Origin: Candidatus Woesearchaeota archaeon
GTDB lineage: Archaea > Nanobdellota > Nanobdellia > SCGC-AAA011-G17 > GW2011-AR18
Direction: 5' to 3'
NCBI GenBank assembly: GCA_964344975.1
Contig: CAYFPK010000003.1
Span: 2,147 to 66,146 of the forward strand
DNA length: 64,000 nt
Shown here: piece by piece, positions 56,175-64,000 of the stretch
Numbering within the stretch: position 1 is the stretch's first letter
How the letters are laid out: each line of letters starts with the position of its first letter
The notes under the pieces: model-generated
Told to the model about the DNA's origin: nothing
The model's input: the letters and a program-made list of their open reading frames with translations, nothing else
Database searches by the model: none
Made by a program: the position numbers and the translations under genes

Positions 56175-56911
56175 GCTTCTTGCTCTTCTATGATTTTAAC
56201 TAATATGTGACCGTCTTCTAAGTCTTTTGCATCATCCACATCAAACCACATGTAGCCTTTACTATCACAAGATTTAAACTCAAAGTCTCTGTTTGCTGCA
56301 ACAAGCATAGGAATGTGAAAACCTACGTTGAGATGACCGTCTTCTAGGTGTTTTTCAATTTCGGCGAAATAGTGTCTTGCTGCTGCTGCTGAAAATTTAA
56401 ACATGCCTGCTGAAGCGCCACACACATCTTCGTCTTTGATGTGTCTGCCTAGCTCTGTCACATTACCCTCTTTGATAATGACCTTAGGAGAATCTGCAAT
56501 TCGAAAGGGTTCAGTGGTATCTACCACCGCTGCGTTAGGGTGGGGGCATTCAATTAATTCTTTAATAATTTTGTAATTAAACACATTGTCTGCGTTTGAA
56601 AATAGAAATCCTGTCTCTTTGACTAGGTCTTTTGTTTGCCACATGGAAAAAATGTTGTTGGTGTGTTTGTAGATAGGACTGTACACGTAGGTAATAGGCA
56701 TGCCTTGATAATTTTCTCCAACGTGTTGCATAATTTTTTCTTTAGCATGGCCTACCACAATAATTGATTCAGTTACCCCTGCTTTTTTGAATGCTTGGAG
56801 CATGCGGTCAATAATAGGGATGCCGCCAACTTGTAGAAGACATTTGTGTTTTTCTAACGTGGTGGGATGAAGTCTGCTTGAAGTTCCTGCGGCAAGGATT
56901 ACTGCTTTCAT
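56165..56911 (-). CDS. Sugar/alcohol-phosphate nucleotidyltransferase (cytidylyltransferase-like, LicC/IPCT-type)
   Basis: N-terminal MKAVILAAGTSSRL....K.LL.VGG.PII signature of the NTP_transferase family. 248 aa. Confidence 0.7.
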   Translation of the reverse strand: MKAVILAAGTSSRLHPTTLEKHKCLLQVGGIPIIDRMLQAFKKAGVTESIIVVGHAKEKIMQHVGENYQGMPITYVYSPIYKHTNNIFSMWQTKDLVKETGFLFSNADNVFNYKIIKELIECPHPNAAVVDTTEPFRIADSPKVIIKEGNVTELGRHIKDEDVCGASAGMFKFSAAAARHYFAEIEKHLEDGHLNVGFHIPMLVAANRDFEFKSCDSKGYMWFDVDDAKDLEDGHILVKIIEEQEAQR

Positions 56912-56923
56912 GAGATTGAGGTT

Positions 56924-58021
56924 TTATCCTTGTTTAAATTCTTTTAGATACTCTTTTAGAGCTTTTTGTAGTGCTTGTGGGTTTTCTTTTTTATATACTT
57001 CAGCAGATTCGGTCTTGTCTGTGTAATATGTACTTAGATTGATAAGATCTATTCCTTCTTTTTGTAGAGTCTTTTTTGTTCCTTTCTCTGTGTAGCCTGC
57101 GATTATGAGTACTTTTTTGTTTTTGGCAAGCTCTGCAATGCCGTAGGTTGTTTTTTGTGCTGTTATGCTATTAAGATCAAAGTGCCCTTCAGCTGTTATT
57201 ATGAGGTTTGCTTTTTTTATTTTTTCTTTGAGGTCTAAAACTTCGTTCATTTTTGTTATTCCTAAATTACATTTCGCGTTGTAGAAATGTGTAAGTGCTA
57301 ACGGTAATCCGCCTCCTGCTCCAAGAAATTTTTTATCAGTTTTTACTTTTAGAAAGTTTGCAAACCTTTTACATCTATTTTGTACTTCTTCTGCCTTTTT
57401 TTCTTTGTTTTCTTCTGTCTTTTTGAATTTGTCTTTGGTCGGTGTGAACATTTCGTCAATTGAGATACTACCGTCGCACCAGCATTCTATCTGGATGTCT
57501 TGTGCTGTACCTTCAATGCGTGTTATTTTATCAAGTTGTGTTGTCTTCTGATTCTTACTGTAAAATTTAAACCCTAAACCACGCAGCATTCCTACACCAC
57601 AATCTACTGTACCTGTTCCTCCAATAAGTACAATTATTTTTTTATACCCCTTGTCGATTGCGTGCTGCATAAGTTGTCCTACGCCGAAACTTGTTGCTGT
57701 GTATGGATCTTTTTGCTTTTCAGGGATTAGTAATAAACCACAAGCCTTTGCCACTTCAATGTATGCTGTATCGCCTACCACCCCGTAATAGGTTCTTATT
57801 TTTTTATGTGTAGGTGTTGTTATGTTATCTACGTAAATTTTTTTGCCCTTTTTTACTTTGATGATTATATCCAATGTATCTTCGCCGCCGTCGAAGACTG
57901 GCATTTTTGTTATGTTTGCTTGCGGTAGAATCTCTTCTATGCTCTTTGCTATGAGGGCTGTTGCTTGCTGTGCTGTATATGTTCCTTTAAATGCTCCTGC
58001 TGCAATGAGTATATTAATCAT
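56924..58021 (-). CDS. Glycerate kinase (GK-I family)
   Basis: N-terminal MINILIAAGAFKGTYTA... (compare DSFKGS) and C-terminal ...LIITAEGHFDLNS...KKVLIIAGYTEKG, as in GarK/GlxK. Confidence 0.75.
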   Translation of the reverse strand: MINILIAAGAFKGTYTAQQATALIAKSIEEILPQANITKMPVFDGGEDTLDIIIKVKKGKKIYVDNITTPTHKKIRTYYGVVGDTAYIEVAKACGLLLIPEKQKDPYTATSFGVGQLMQHAIDKGYKKIIVLIGGTGTVDCGVGMLRGLGFKFYSKNQKTTQLDKITRIEGTAQDIQIECWCDGSISIDEMFTPTKDKFKKTEENKEKKAEEVQNRCKRFANFLKVKTDKKFLGAGGGLPLALTHFYNAKCNLGITKMNEVLDLKEKIKKANLIITAEGHFDLNSITAQKTTYGIAELAKNKKVLIIAGYTEKGTKKTLQKEGIDLINLSTYYTDKTESAEVYKKENPQALQKALKEYLKEFKQG

Positions 58022-58062
58022 AGGGGTTTTGGCGTCATAATGTATTTAAACATTGCTTTGCT

Positions 58063-58785
58063 GTGGCCTGTATGAATTTTGACTTTACTGGTAAGACAAT
58101 TGTTATTACTGGTGCTTCAAAAGGGATTGGTCTTGCTTGTGCTCGACAATTTTTAGATGCGGGTGCTTTTGTCGTAAATATTTCTCGTACGCCTGGACCA
58201 TTGTCCTCTGAGCGGTATCTATATGTACAAGCTGATGTGCGTGATGTTGCTGCTATTACCTCTTGGCTTGATTCGTTTGAAAAACTTATTGATGTCTGGA
58301 TTAATAATGCTGGAGTGTATCCTCAGTCAAACCTTTTAGATGTTAGTGAAGCTGATTGGGATGCGGTGTTTTCTGTTAATTTGAAATCAATGTTTTTTTT
58401 GTCTACTGCTGTGGCGTCTCGCATGCGTTCCTCTGGTGGGGTAATTTTACAGGCTGCATCGTTTGCAGCGCAGATGCCTTCGTCTTCTAGTGGTGTGTAT
58501 GCTGCAAGTAAAGCTGCTGTGGTGAGTTTGACTAAATCTATGGCTGCTGAGTGGGGGCCTTTTGGTATTCGTGTGAATTCTTATTCTCCGGGTGTGATAC
58601 ATACCCCTATGACTGAGGATGTTATTGCTGCAAAAGATGTTACTTCGCCTCTTGCTCTTTCTCGAGTGGGGGATGCGTCTGAAGTTGCTTCAGTTATTTT
58701 ATTTTTGTGCTCTGATGGGGCATCGTATATTACCGGTTCGGATGTTGCTATTAATGGAGGTAAATTTTTAATACAAGATCAATGA
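58063..58785 (+). CDS. Short-chain dehydrogenase/reductase (SDR)
   Basis: TGASKGIG cofactor motif, NNAG, and the catalytic YAASK. Confidence 0.85.
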   Translation: MACMNFDFTGKTIVITGASKGIGLACARQFLDAGAFVVNISRTPGPLSSERYLYVQADVRDVAAITSWLDSFEKLIDVWINNAGVYPQSNLLDVSEADWDAVFSVNLKSMFFLSTAVASRMRSSGGVILQAASFAAQMPSSSSGVYAASKAAVVSLTKSMAAEWGPFGIRVNSYSPGVIHTPMTEDVIAAKDVTSPLALSRVGDASEVASVILFLCSDGASYITGSDVAINGGKFLIQDQ

Positions 58786-59918
58786 AGACGATTACTACTT
58801 CTTTTACTCGTACCGATACTGTACATTTTCACCTTGATGATGATGCTCATATGCACTGGCTTGCCTCTTTTGATTCAAGCAAGTATAACCGCTTTTTTGT
58901 TATTATTGATGCTGAGGTTACACGTTTATGGGGTGATCTTTTGTTTTCTCGTTTACGTGCGCATAATAAAGAAATTTTTACTTTTACTGTAACTGCAGAA
59001 GAGTCCAGTAAATCTTTAGACTTTTATCCGCAATTAATCTCTTTTTTTGAAGCTCATAAAGGAAACTTGTCTGATTTGGTTATTGGTGTAGGTGGAGGTA
59101 TTGTTCTTGACTTGGTGAGTTTTTCTTGCTCGACCTACATGCGTGCTTTGCCTTTTGTTGCGATACCAACTACCTTAATTGGACAAGTGGATGCCATTAC
59201 TGCTGGTAAAACCTGTCTGAATACCTCTGTTGCTAAAAATGTTCTTGGCACCTTTTACTATCCTGTTTTTGCTTACAATAACATCCATTTTCTCAAAACG
59301 AATTCTGCGTATCACCTTCGTCAAGGCTACTCTGAAATTTTTAAATATGGGTTATTAGGATCTACTTCTTTGCTTGATTTACTTACTTCCCATTTTTCTT
59401 CTCCTACTGATGCTTTGTTGTTACAGATTATGGAAGAAGCTATTGCTGTTCGTGTTAAAATCCGTAAAATTAATCCTCTTGCAAGTAATCTTGGTCATAC
59501 GTTTGGTCATGCGCTTGAAAAAGTTTCTGGACATACCATTTTACACGGTGATGCGATTGCTGTTGGTACTGTCATGGCGTTGCGTTTTGCGCAACAACAA
59601 AATCTTTTACCTGAGCATACTGTGGATGCAATTATTTTGCGTATGCAAAAACTTGGTTTAAACACCTACCTTGATGCTGACTTAGATGTTGATGCTGTGG
59701 TTGCTTGCATGATGCGAGATAAAAAAGCGTCAAGTACGCATTTGTTTTTAGTCTTACTTTCTGGGATTGCGCAACCGTATGTTGATGGAGATTTTCCTTT
59801 CTTTACGACGACACCTGATGAAGTGAAATCTTTTTTGTCTTCTTTTGTTGCTGATTACCCGTATAAAATTACTGATTGTGCTGCTTATTTACAACAGGAG
59901 AAACTTGGCTATGATTAG
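58782..59918 (+). CDS. 3-dehydroquinate synthase-like sugar-phosphate cyclase
   Basis: GVGGGIVLDL...IPTTLIGQVDAITAGKTCLN and NLGHTFGHALE...LHGDAIAVGTVMA align closely with AroB/EEVS/DOIS-family motifs. 4-nt overlap with the upstream SDR. Confidence 0.8.
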   Translation: MKTITTSFTRTDTVHFHLDDDAHMHWLASFDSSKYNRFFVIIDAEVTRLWGDLLFSRLRAHNKEIFTFTVTAEESSKSLDFYPQLISFFEAHKGNLSDLVIGVGGGIVLDLVSFSCSTYMRALPFVAIPTTLIGQVDAITAGKTCLNTSVAKNVLGTFYYPVFAYNNIHFLKTNSAYHLRQGYSEIFKYGLLGSTSLLDLLTSHFSSPTDALLLQIMEEAIAVRVKIRKINPLASNLGHTFGHALEKVSGHTILHGDAIAVGTVMALRFAQQQNLLPEHTVDAIILRMQKLGLNTYLDADLDVDAVVACMMRDKKASSTHLFLVLLSGIAQPYVDGDFPFFTTTPDEVKSFLSSFVADYPYKITDCAAYLQQEKLGYD

Positions 59919-60357
59919 CAGGATGAACCATGTTAGTTTTACTGTCTCTAATCTAGATGCCTCTATTATTTTCTATCGGGATGTTTTAGGTTTATCTCTT
60001 ATTGATGTTGCTAAGCGAGATGTTGCTTTTTCTGAAAAAGTGACTGGGATTTCTGGTGCGCATTTACGTATCGCGTATTTTTCTGCCTCAAACTGTTTTG
60101 TTGAATTAATTGAGTATTTGGCACCTGCCGGTGAAAAGTTAGACACGCGTACTTGTAATGTGGGTAGTGCGCATGTTTGTTTTGATGTTGCTGAGTATGA
60201 CGCTTTTATTGCCCGTCTTAGATCACATCATGTACACTTTGCCAGTGAGCCGCAAATTGTGCCTGCAGGGCCTAATAAAGGGCGAAAAGTCGTGTATGCT
60301 GAGGATCCTGATGGCAATACCTTGGAATTCTTTTCTGTTGAACGTTATTTTACCTAA
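59911..60357 (+). CDS. VOC-family (glyoxalase/bleomycin-resistance/dioxygenase fold) protein
   Basis: MNHVSFTVSNLDASIIFYRDVLGL... and ...HVCFDV...DPDGNTLEF matches the VOC pattern. Start overlaps the stop of the DHQS-like gene. AGGAG lies 10 nt upstream. Confidence 0.7.
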   Translation: MISRMNHVSFTVSNLDASIIFYRDVLGLSLIDVAKRDVAFSEKVTGISGAHLRIAYFSASNCFVELIEYLAPAGEKLDTRTCNVGSAHVCFDVAEYDAFIARLRSHHVHFASEPQIVPAGPNKGRKVVYAEDPDGNTLEFFSVERYFT

Positions 60358-60394
60358 GAGATATTCTTTTAAAGAGCCTTCTTTTTGAATTTTC

Positions 60395-61501
60395 ATGACA
60401 ACCTCTCGAATAGTGGGTATTAACGGGTTTGGTCGTGTTGGTAGGGCAATCTTTCGTAAAATTTTACAATCGGGCGATTTTACTGTTGCTGTCATTAATG
60501 ATATTAATCCAGATCTTGCTAATATGATTTATCAGCTCAAGTATGATTCTCATTATGGGCGCTTAAACCAAGAAGTTACGCCTACTGAAACTGGTTTTTG
60601 CTTGAACGGTCTTACCGTTGTTGTGTATCATGAACAACATATTGATGCTGTTCCTTGGGAGAACCATGGCGTTGCACGTATCATTGATGCTTCAGGTGTA
60701 CGTGATAATGTTATTCGTGCGCGAAGTTTAGTTCACCGTGGTATAAAACAATGTGTCGTTACTCATTCTCCTGATGAAGCACTTTTGGATCGCAGTGTTA
60801 TTATCGGTGTTAATGAGGATGAAATTGATCCTTCTGATTTTATTATTTCAAGTAGCATTTGTGATGCTACTGCTTTTGCGCCAACTATTCAAGCACTTGA
60901 TGCGACTTATGGTGTTGCACACGGGTATTTGACGACGTTACACCCGTGGTTGCCCTATCAGAATCTTTTAGATGGTCCGTCTATTTCTTGGTCGACACCT
61001 GGTGAAGTTAACCTGAATTATGTTCTTGGTCGTGCGAGCACTTCTTCACTTTTGCCAAAAAAAACTTCAGCTGTGCTGGCCACCTATAAAGTCTTACCTC
61101 AGTTACGGGGCAAGTTTGATTCCTTCTCCTATCGTGTACCTACAGCGTCTGTTTCTTGTGCGAATCTTTTTGTTCAATTAAAATCTGCTGTCACTAAAGA
61201 AGAGTTAGTTGCTTTTTTTACTGAAAAGGCAAGAACTCAAAAGTGGAAAGTGTTTGCAAATAACTTTGAACCGTTAGCCTCTATAGATTTTCAAAAAATT
61301 GAATATTCTGCTTCTATTGACCATCGTTGGACCCATGTTAATGCGCATAATTATGTGCGTATGGTCCTTTGGTATGATAATGAGTGGGGTTATAGTTGTC
61401 GTGTTGTTGACTTGGTTACACACTTGTTTGATTTAGATGCAGGGCCTGTTCTGCTTGAACAGCGACCTTCTGATCCTTTAATTCCTTTTAGTCAGGGATA
61501 A
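60395..61501 (+). CDS. GAPDH-family dehydrogenase (glyceraldehyde-3-P / erythrose-4-P dehydrogenase-like)
   Basis: N-terminal IVGINGFGRVGR NAD motif, ...LKYDSHYGRL..., and an active-site region SSSICDATAFAP (compare SCTTNCLAP) that retains Cys. 368 aa. Confidence 0.7.
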   Translation: MTTSRIVGINGFGRVGRAIFRKILQSGDFTVAVINDINPDLANMIYQLKYDSHYGRLNQEVTPTETGFCLNGLTVVVYHEQHIDAVPWENHGVARIIDASGVRDNVIRARSLVHRGIKQCVVTHSPDEALLDRSVIIGVNEDEIDPSDFIISSSICDATAFAPTIQALDATYGVAHGYLTTLHPWLPYQNLLDGPSISWSTPGEVNLNYVLGRASTSSLLPKKTSAVLATYKVLPQLRGKFDSFSYRVPTASVSCANLFVQLKSAVTKEELVAFFTEKARTQKWKVFANNFEPLASIDFQKIEYSASIDHRWTHVNAHNYVRMVLWYDNEWGYSCRVVDLVTHLFDLDAGPVLLEQRPSDPLIPFSQG

Positions 61502-62252
61502 TTTTGTCTTTTTTTTGATTTTCAACGAGTGTTCGTTTGTGTAAAGGAATGCCTATTTGTAAACCCTTGTAGATTCTTGCCATCCATAGCACTGCGCCCC
61601 AGAATACAAAGAACCAGAGGAAGTAGTAAAATATGTTGAACCCTGCTGCAATCATCATCATCCAATAGGTCGTGCTTGACCCGCCAAAGAAAATGTTTGC
61701 GCCAAGAAATTTTCTATTTTTTAACATAAATACTGGCGGGATGCGTGTCCCTTGACTAAGTTCTAACTCGTTGAGGATGCCGATATATTGATACATGAGG
61801 AAATGGAGTGCGCCAATGAAGCCGATGATGAGTACGTGCGGTTCTGGCATAAATCTGTATACGCCGATGGTGATTCCTATCATGAGTAACACATCTCTGA
61901 ATCGGTCACACGTGTTGTCCATCCAGGATCCAAATGGAGATTTTTGTTTTCTAAATGTTGCAATTTTTCCATCAGCACAGTCTGAAACGTAAGAAAGTAT
62001 GAATGGGATTATTCCTATCCAGAGATATGGTTGCTCTCCTACGGCGAAGAGGGCTGCAGTTATAATTGCAAAGATTAAACCGGAGAAGGATACTTGATTT
62101 GCTGAACATTTTGTTTTGAGTAAAATTTTTAGAAATGGGTGTGTTATCCTTTTACCTAAAAGGACTTCGGTAATATTTTCGTATTTACGAATAACTTGTT
62201 TGTTAAACCCTGTAAATGAAAGATCTTCTTTTTTCTCTATTTTCTTTTCCAT
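61488..62252 (-). CDS. CDP-alcohol phosphotransferase family protein
   Basis: DCADGKIATFRKQKSPFGSWMDNTCDRFRD matches D-G-x2-A-R-x8-G-x3-D-x3-D. 254 aa, ~6 TM helices. Confidence 0.7.
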   Translation of the reverse strand: MEKKIEKKEDLSFTGFNKQVIRKYENITEVLLGKRITHPFLKILLKTKCSANQVSFSGLIFAIITAALFAVGEQPYLWIGIIPFILSYVSDCADGKIATFRKQKSPFGSWMDNTCDRFRDVLLMIGITIGVYRFMPEPHVLIIGFIGALHFLMYQYIGILNELELSQGTRIPPVFMLKNRKFLGANIFFGGSSTTYWMMMIAAGFNIFYYFLWFFVFWGAVLWMARIYKGLQIGIPLHKRTLVENQKKDKIIPD

Positions 62253-62258
62253 GCTTTT

Positions 62259-62960
62259 TTATAAATCCTCTTCCTTTTTTCCTAATTTATAGCCTTCAAC
62301 GATGCGCCAGATCCATGGAATTGTACCTAGTGTGGCATAAATTATTAAAAACCATTCTACTCTTTTTACGATGACCATGAAGATGAGTGCGTAAATAAAA
62401 ATGTTTGAGTAGGCAATACAAACATGTGCCTTATCTAAATATTTCTTTTTGAAAGTTATTAGGTGTGTTACCTCGTGTTTGTATTCTATTGCATTTACTC
62501 TACCAATGAAATGGAACATGAGGAAGTTTAATCCTGCGAGCATACCCCAAATTAAGACCATGGGGTCTTGTGTTATTACGTATAAACCAATGGTTACTCC
62601 AATGAAATTTGCTGTTTCTCTTATTCTGTCACAGACTTCGTCTAACCAGCTACCTATTCTTGAGAATAATTTTTTTTCTCGAGCAACTCTGCCATCTACT
62701 GCGTCCATTAAGAAGCCTAAGTAAAATAAAGCACAACCTATCAATGCTAACGTGTAGTTGCCAAAAGCGAAAAGGACTGCTGAAACTAGATTAAAAATTA
62801 ATCCTAAAACTGTTATTTGATTAGGTGTCAGGTTGGTTTTAAGCATTATGCGTAATAGCGGTGTGGCGAATCTTTTTGTAATGAGAATATTTATTGCGCT
62901 TTCAAATTTTTTTAAGGAAGCTTTATTTATCTCTTCATAAGATCGCTTTTCTTGGCTCAT
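62259..62960 (-). CDS. CDP-alcohol phosphotransferase family protein (tandem paralog)
   Basis: DAVDGRVAREKKLFSRIGSWLDEVCDRIRE matches the same CDP-OH_P_transf signature. 233 aa. Confidence 0.7.
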   Translation of the reverse strand: MSQEKRSYEEINKASLKKFESAINILITKRFATPLLRIMLKTNLTPNQITVLGLIFNLVSAVLFAFGNYTLALIGCALFYLGFLMDAVDGRVAREKKLFSRIGSWLDEVCDRIRETANFIGVTIGLYVITQDPMVLIWGMLAGLNFLMFHFIGRVNAIEYKHEVTHLITFKKKYLDKAHVCIAYSNIFIYALIFMVIVKRVEWFLIIYATLGTIPWIWRIVEGYKLGKKEEDL

Positions 62961-63040
62961 AGAGCTCGAACCCCTCTTTGATTTATAAACCTTGTTGTTA
63001 CTCCAGAAGTCTTATATAGCAATTTTGTTAGCTCGGGCGT

Positions 63041-63772
63041 ATGAAAGCGATTATTTTAGCTGCAGGTTTATCACGACGTATGCTGCATCATACTAGGGAT
63101 CATCCTAAATGTTTGTTAGAAGTTAAAGAAGGTAAAACTATCTTAGATTTGCAGCTTTCTCACTTGCGTAGTGCTGGTGTACGTGATGTTGTTTTAGTTA
63201 CTGGATACCTTAGTCATAAGATTGAAGAAAAGGTTAAAGCATATTCTGATATGCATATTAAAATTTTGTTTAATCCATTTTATGAAGTGTCTAATAATCT
63301 CATGTCTTTATGGCTTGCACGTGATGAAATGGACGATGATTTTATTTTTATGAATGCAGACAATGTGTTTCACCCTGAGTTAATCGCAAAACTTGTTGCT
63401 GATGTCGGTGAAGGAGTCAAGTTAACGGTGAATCGTAAACCTTCTGAGCATCTTGATTCTGATGATACCAAAGTTATCACTGCAGATAATATGCTGCTTG
63501 CTTTAGGTAAACATTTGAGTCATGTTGATGCGCACGGTGAGTCTGTAGGGTTTATTCGTTTTGAAGGTCAAGCTGTTGTGGATGCTCGAAATCACTTAGA
63601 ACGTTTGGCTCGTGACCCTAATAATATGAACACGTTTTGGTTTAAACTTATTGATGAGTTTATCAAATCTGGTGGTGTTTCTGTTCATGAAATTGATGGT
63701 GAACATTGGGCTGAGGTTGATTTTCCTGCTGATCTTGAACATGTGCGTCGTCATGCGCATAAATTTGAATAA
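63041..63772 (+). CDS. Sugar/alcohol-phosphate nucleotidyltransferase (cytidylyltransferase-like), second copy
   Basis: MKAIILAAGLSRRM...K.LLEVKEGKTIL signature. Same family as 56165..56911. 243 aa. Confidence 0.7.
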   Translation: MKAIILAAGLSRRMLHHTRDHPKCLLEVKEGKTILDLQLSHLRSAGVRDVVLVTGYLSHKIEEKVKAYSDMHIKILFNPFYEVSNNLMSLWLARDEMDDDFIFMNADNVFHPELIAKLVADVGEGVKLTVNRKPSEHLDSDDTKVITADNMLLALGKHLSHVDAHGESVGFIRFEGQAVVDARNHLERLARDPNNMNTFWFKLIDEFIKSGGVSVHEIDGEHWAEVDFPADLEHVRRHAHKFE

Positions 63773-63808
63773 GAAAGCTTCTTAAAGGAATTTGTTGTTT
63801 AGACTTTT

Positions 63809-64000
63809 ATGAAACGTTATTTAGCCCCGGTTTTTACTTTGCTTGTTGCTTTAGTTGGCGGCTATTACTTGTATGTAAATCGTTCTGAGCTTGCTTTACT
63901 TACTGATGTTGCTTACCTCCCTTTGTTTCTTTTAGTCTTTTTGGCTGTTGCTAAAGTCTTTATTGAAGGGGTTCGCTTGCAATGGTTTACTGATTTGTTT
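63809..64000 (+). CDS. Membrane protein, 5' portion only (continues past the window end)
   Basis: ATG at 63809 followed by an open frame with TM helices (LAPVFTLLVALVGGYYLYV...). No stop within the window. Confidence 0.3.
   Translation, partial: MKRYLAPVFTLLVALVGGYYLYVNRSELALLTDVAYLPLFLLVFLAVAKVFIEGVRLQWFTDLF

Noticed and set aside
58782-59918. Calling the DHQS-like gene the housekeeping aroB of the shikimate pathway
   Set aside because: Not firmly excluded, but it is co-transcribed with SDR, VOC and GAPDH-like genes, none of them shikimate-pathway enzymes, and it is embedded among cytidylyltransferase and CDP-alcohol transferase genes. I therefore report it as a family-level cyclase with an open substrate and do not assign it the symbol aroB.
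1-64000. CRISPR arrays or other periodic direct repeats
   Set aside because: No regularly spaced repeats of 25-40 nt were seen in any spacer. The largest intergenic regions (1734-1904, 3745-4130, 38408-38830) contain only promoter-like AT-rich sequence and micro-ORFs.

Overview
This 64 kb window looks like a chromosomal segment of a moderately AT-rich (~40% GC) prokaryote, and I read it as archaeal. The evidence for that is two tandem AglB/STT3 oligosaccharyltransferase paralogs, TATA-like promoters directly ahead of apparently leaderless starts, an archaeal-sized (~326 nt) RNase P RNA, and a LAGLIDADG intein. I found no rRNA, tRNA or CRISPR array.

Content, in order along the window:
- **Lipoylation and 2-oxoacid dehydrogenase genes (1-3.7 kb):** the 3' end of lipA, an E2 acyltransferase, a NUDIX hydrolase, a lipoate-protein ligase (LplA) catalytic domain and a PHP phosphoesterase.
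- **Suf iron-sulfur cluster operon (4.1-9.7 kb, minus strand):** a wHTH-PAS regulator, then sufB, sufD, sufS and sufU, then a sufC fused to a DUF59/SufT domain. The genes overlap by a few nucleotides, so they are probably translationally coupled.
- **Plus-strand genes of mostly unknown function (9.8-15.6 kb):** the only clear assignments are a Vps4/CdvC-like AAA ATPase with an MIT-like N-terminus and an FKBP-type isomerase.
- **RNase P RNA gene (15.68-16.0 kb)**, followed immediately by a very AT-rich HEPN/nucleotidyltransferase (MNT) cassette.
- **Large protein-glycosylation island (17-31 kb and 42.7-55.7 kb):**
  - GT4 and GT2 (dolichol-phosphate sugar synthase-like) glycosyltransferases, several GT-C-like membrane proteins and the two AglB genes.
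  - Sugar-modifying enzymes: a GalE epimerase, a UDP-galactopyranose-mutase-like flavoenzyme and a UbiA family prenyltransferase.
  - Two cobalamin-binding (class B) radical SAM proteins, AsnB, a heparinase II/III-like protein, a Wzx-like flippase, a carbamoyltransferase and a CE4 deacetylase.
- **A second toxin-antitoxin module**, RelE/ParE-like (31.7-32.3 kb).
- **A DUF362 gene interrupted by a 522-residue LAGLIDADG intein** (38.8-41.5 kb).
- **A terminal cluster (56-64 kb)** of a DHQS-like sugar-phosphate cyclase, an SDR, a VOC-family protein, a GAPDH-like dehydrogenase, a glycerate kinase, two nucleotidyltransferases and two CDP-alcohol phosphotransferases.

One property covers the whole window. 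The + strand has roughly twice as much T as A everywhere, whichever way the genes run. As a result, minus-strand genes encode Lys/Asn/Glu/Ile-rich proteins and plus-strand genes encode Phe/Val/Leu/Ala/Cys/Ser-rich proteins. The horizontally acquired-looking elements (intein, RelE module, HEPN/MNT cassette) depart from this background.
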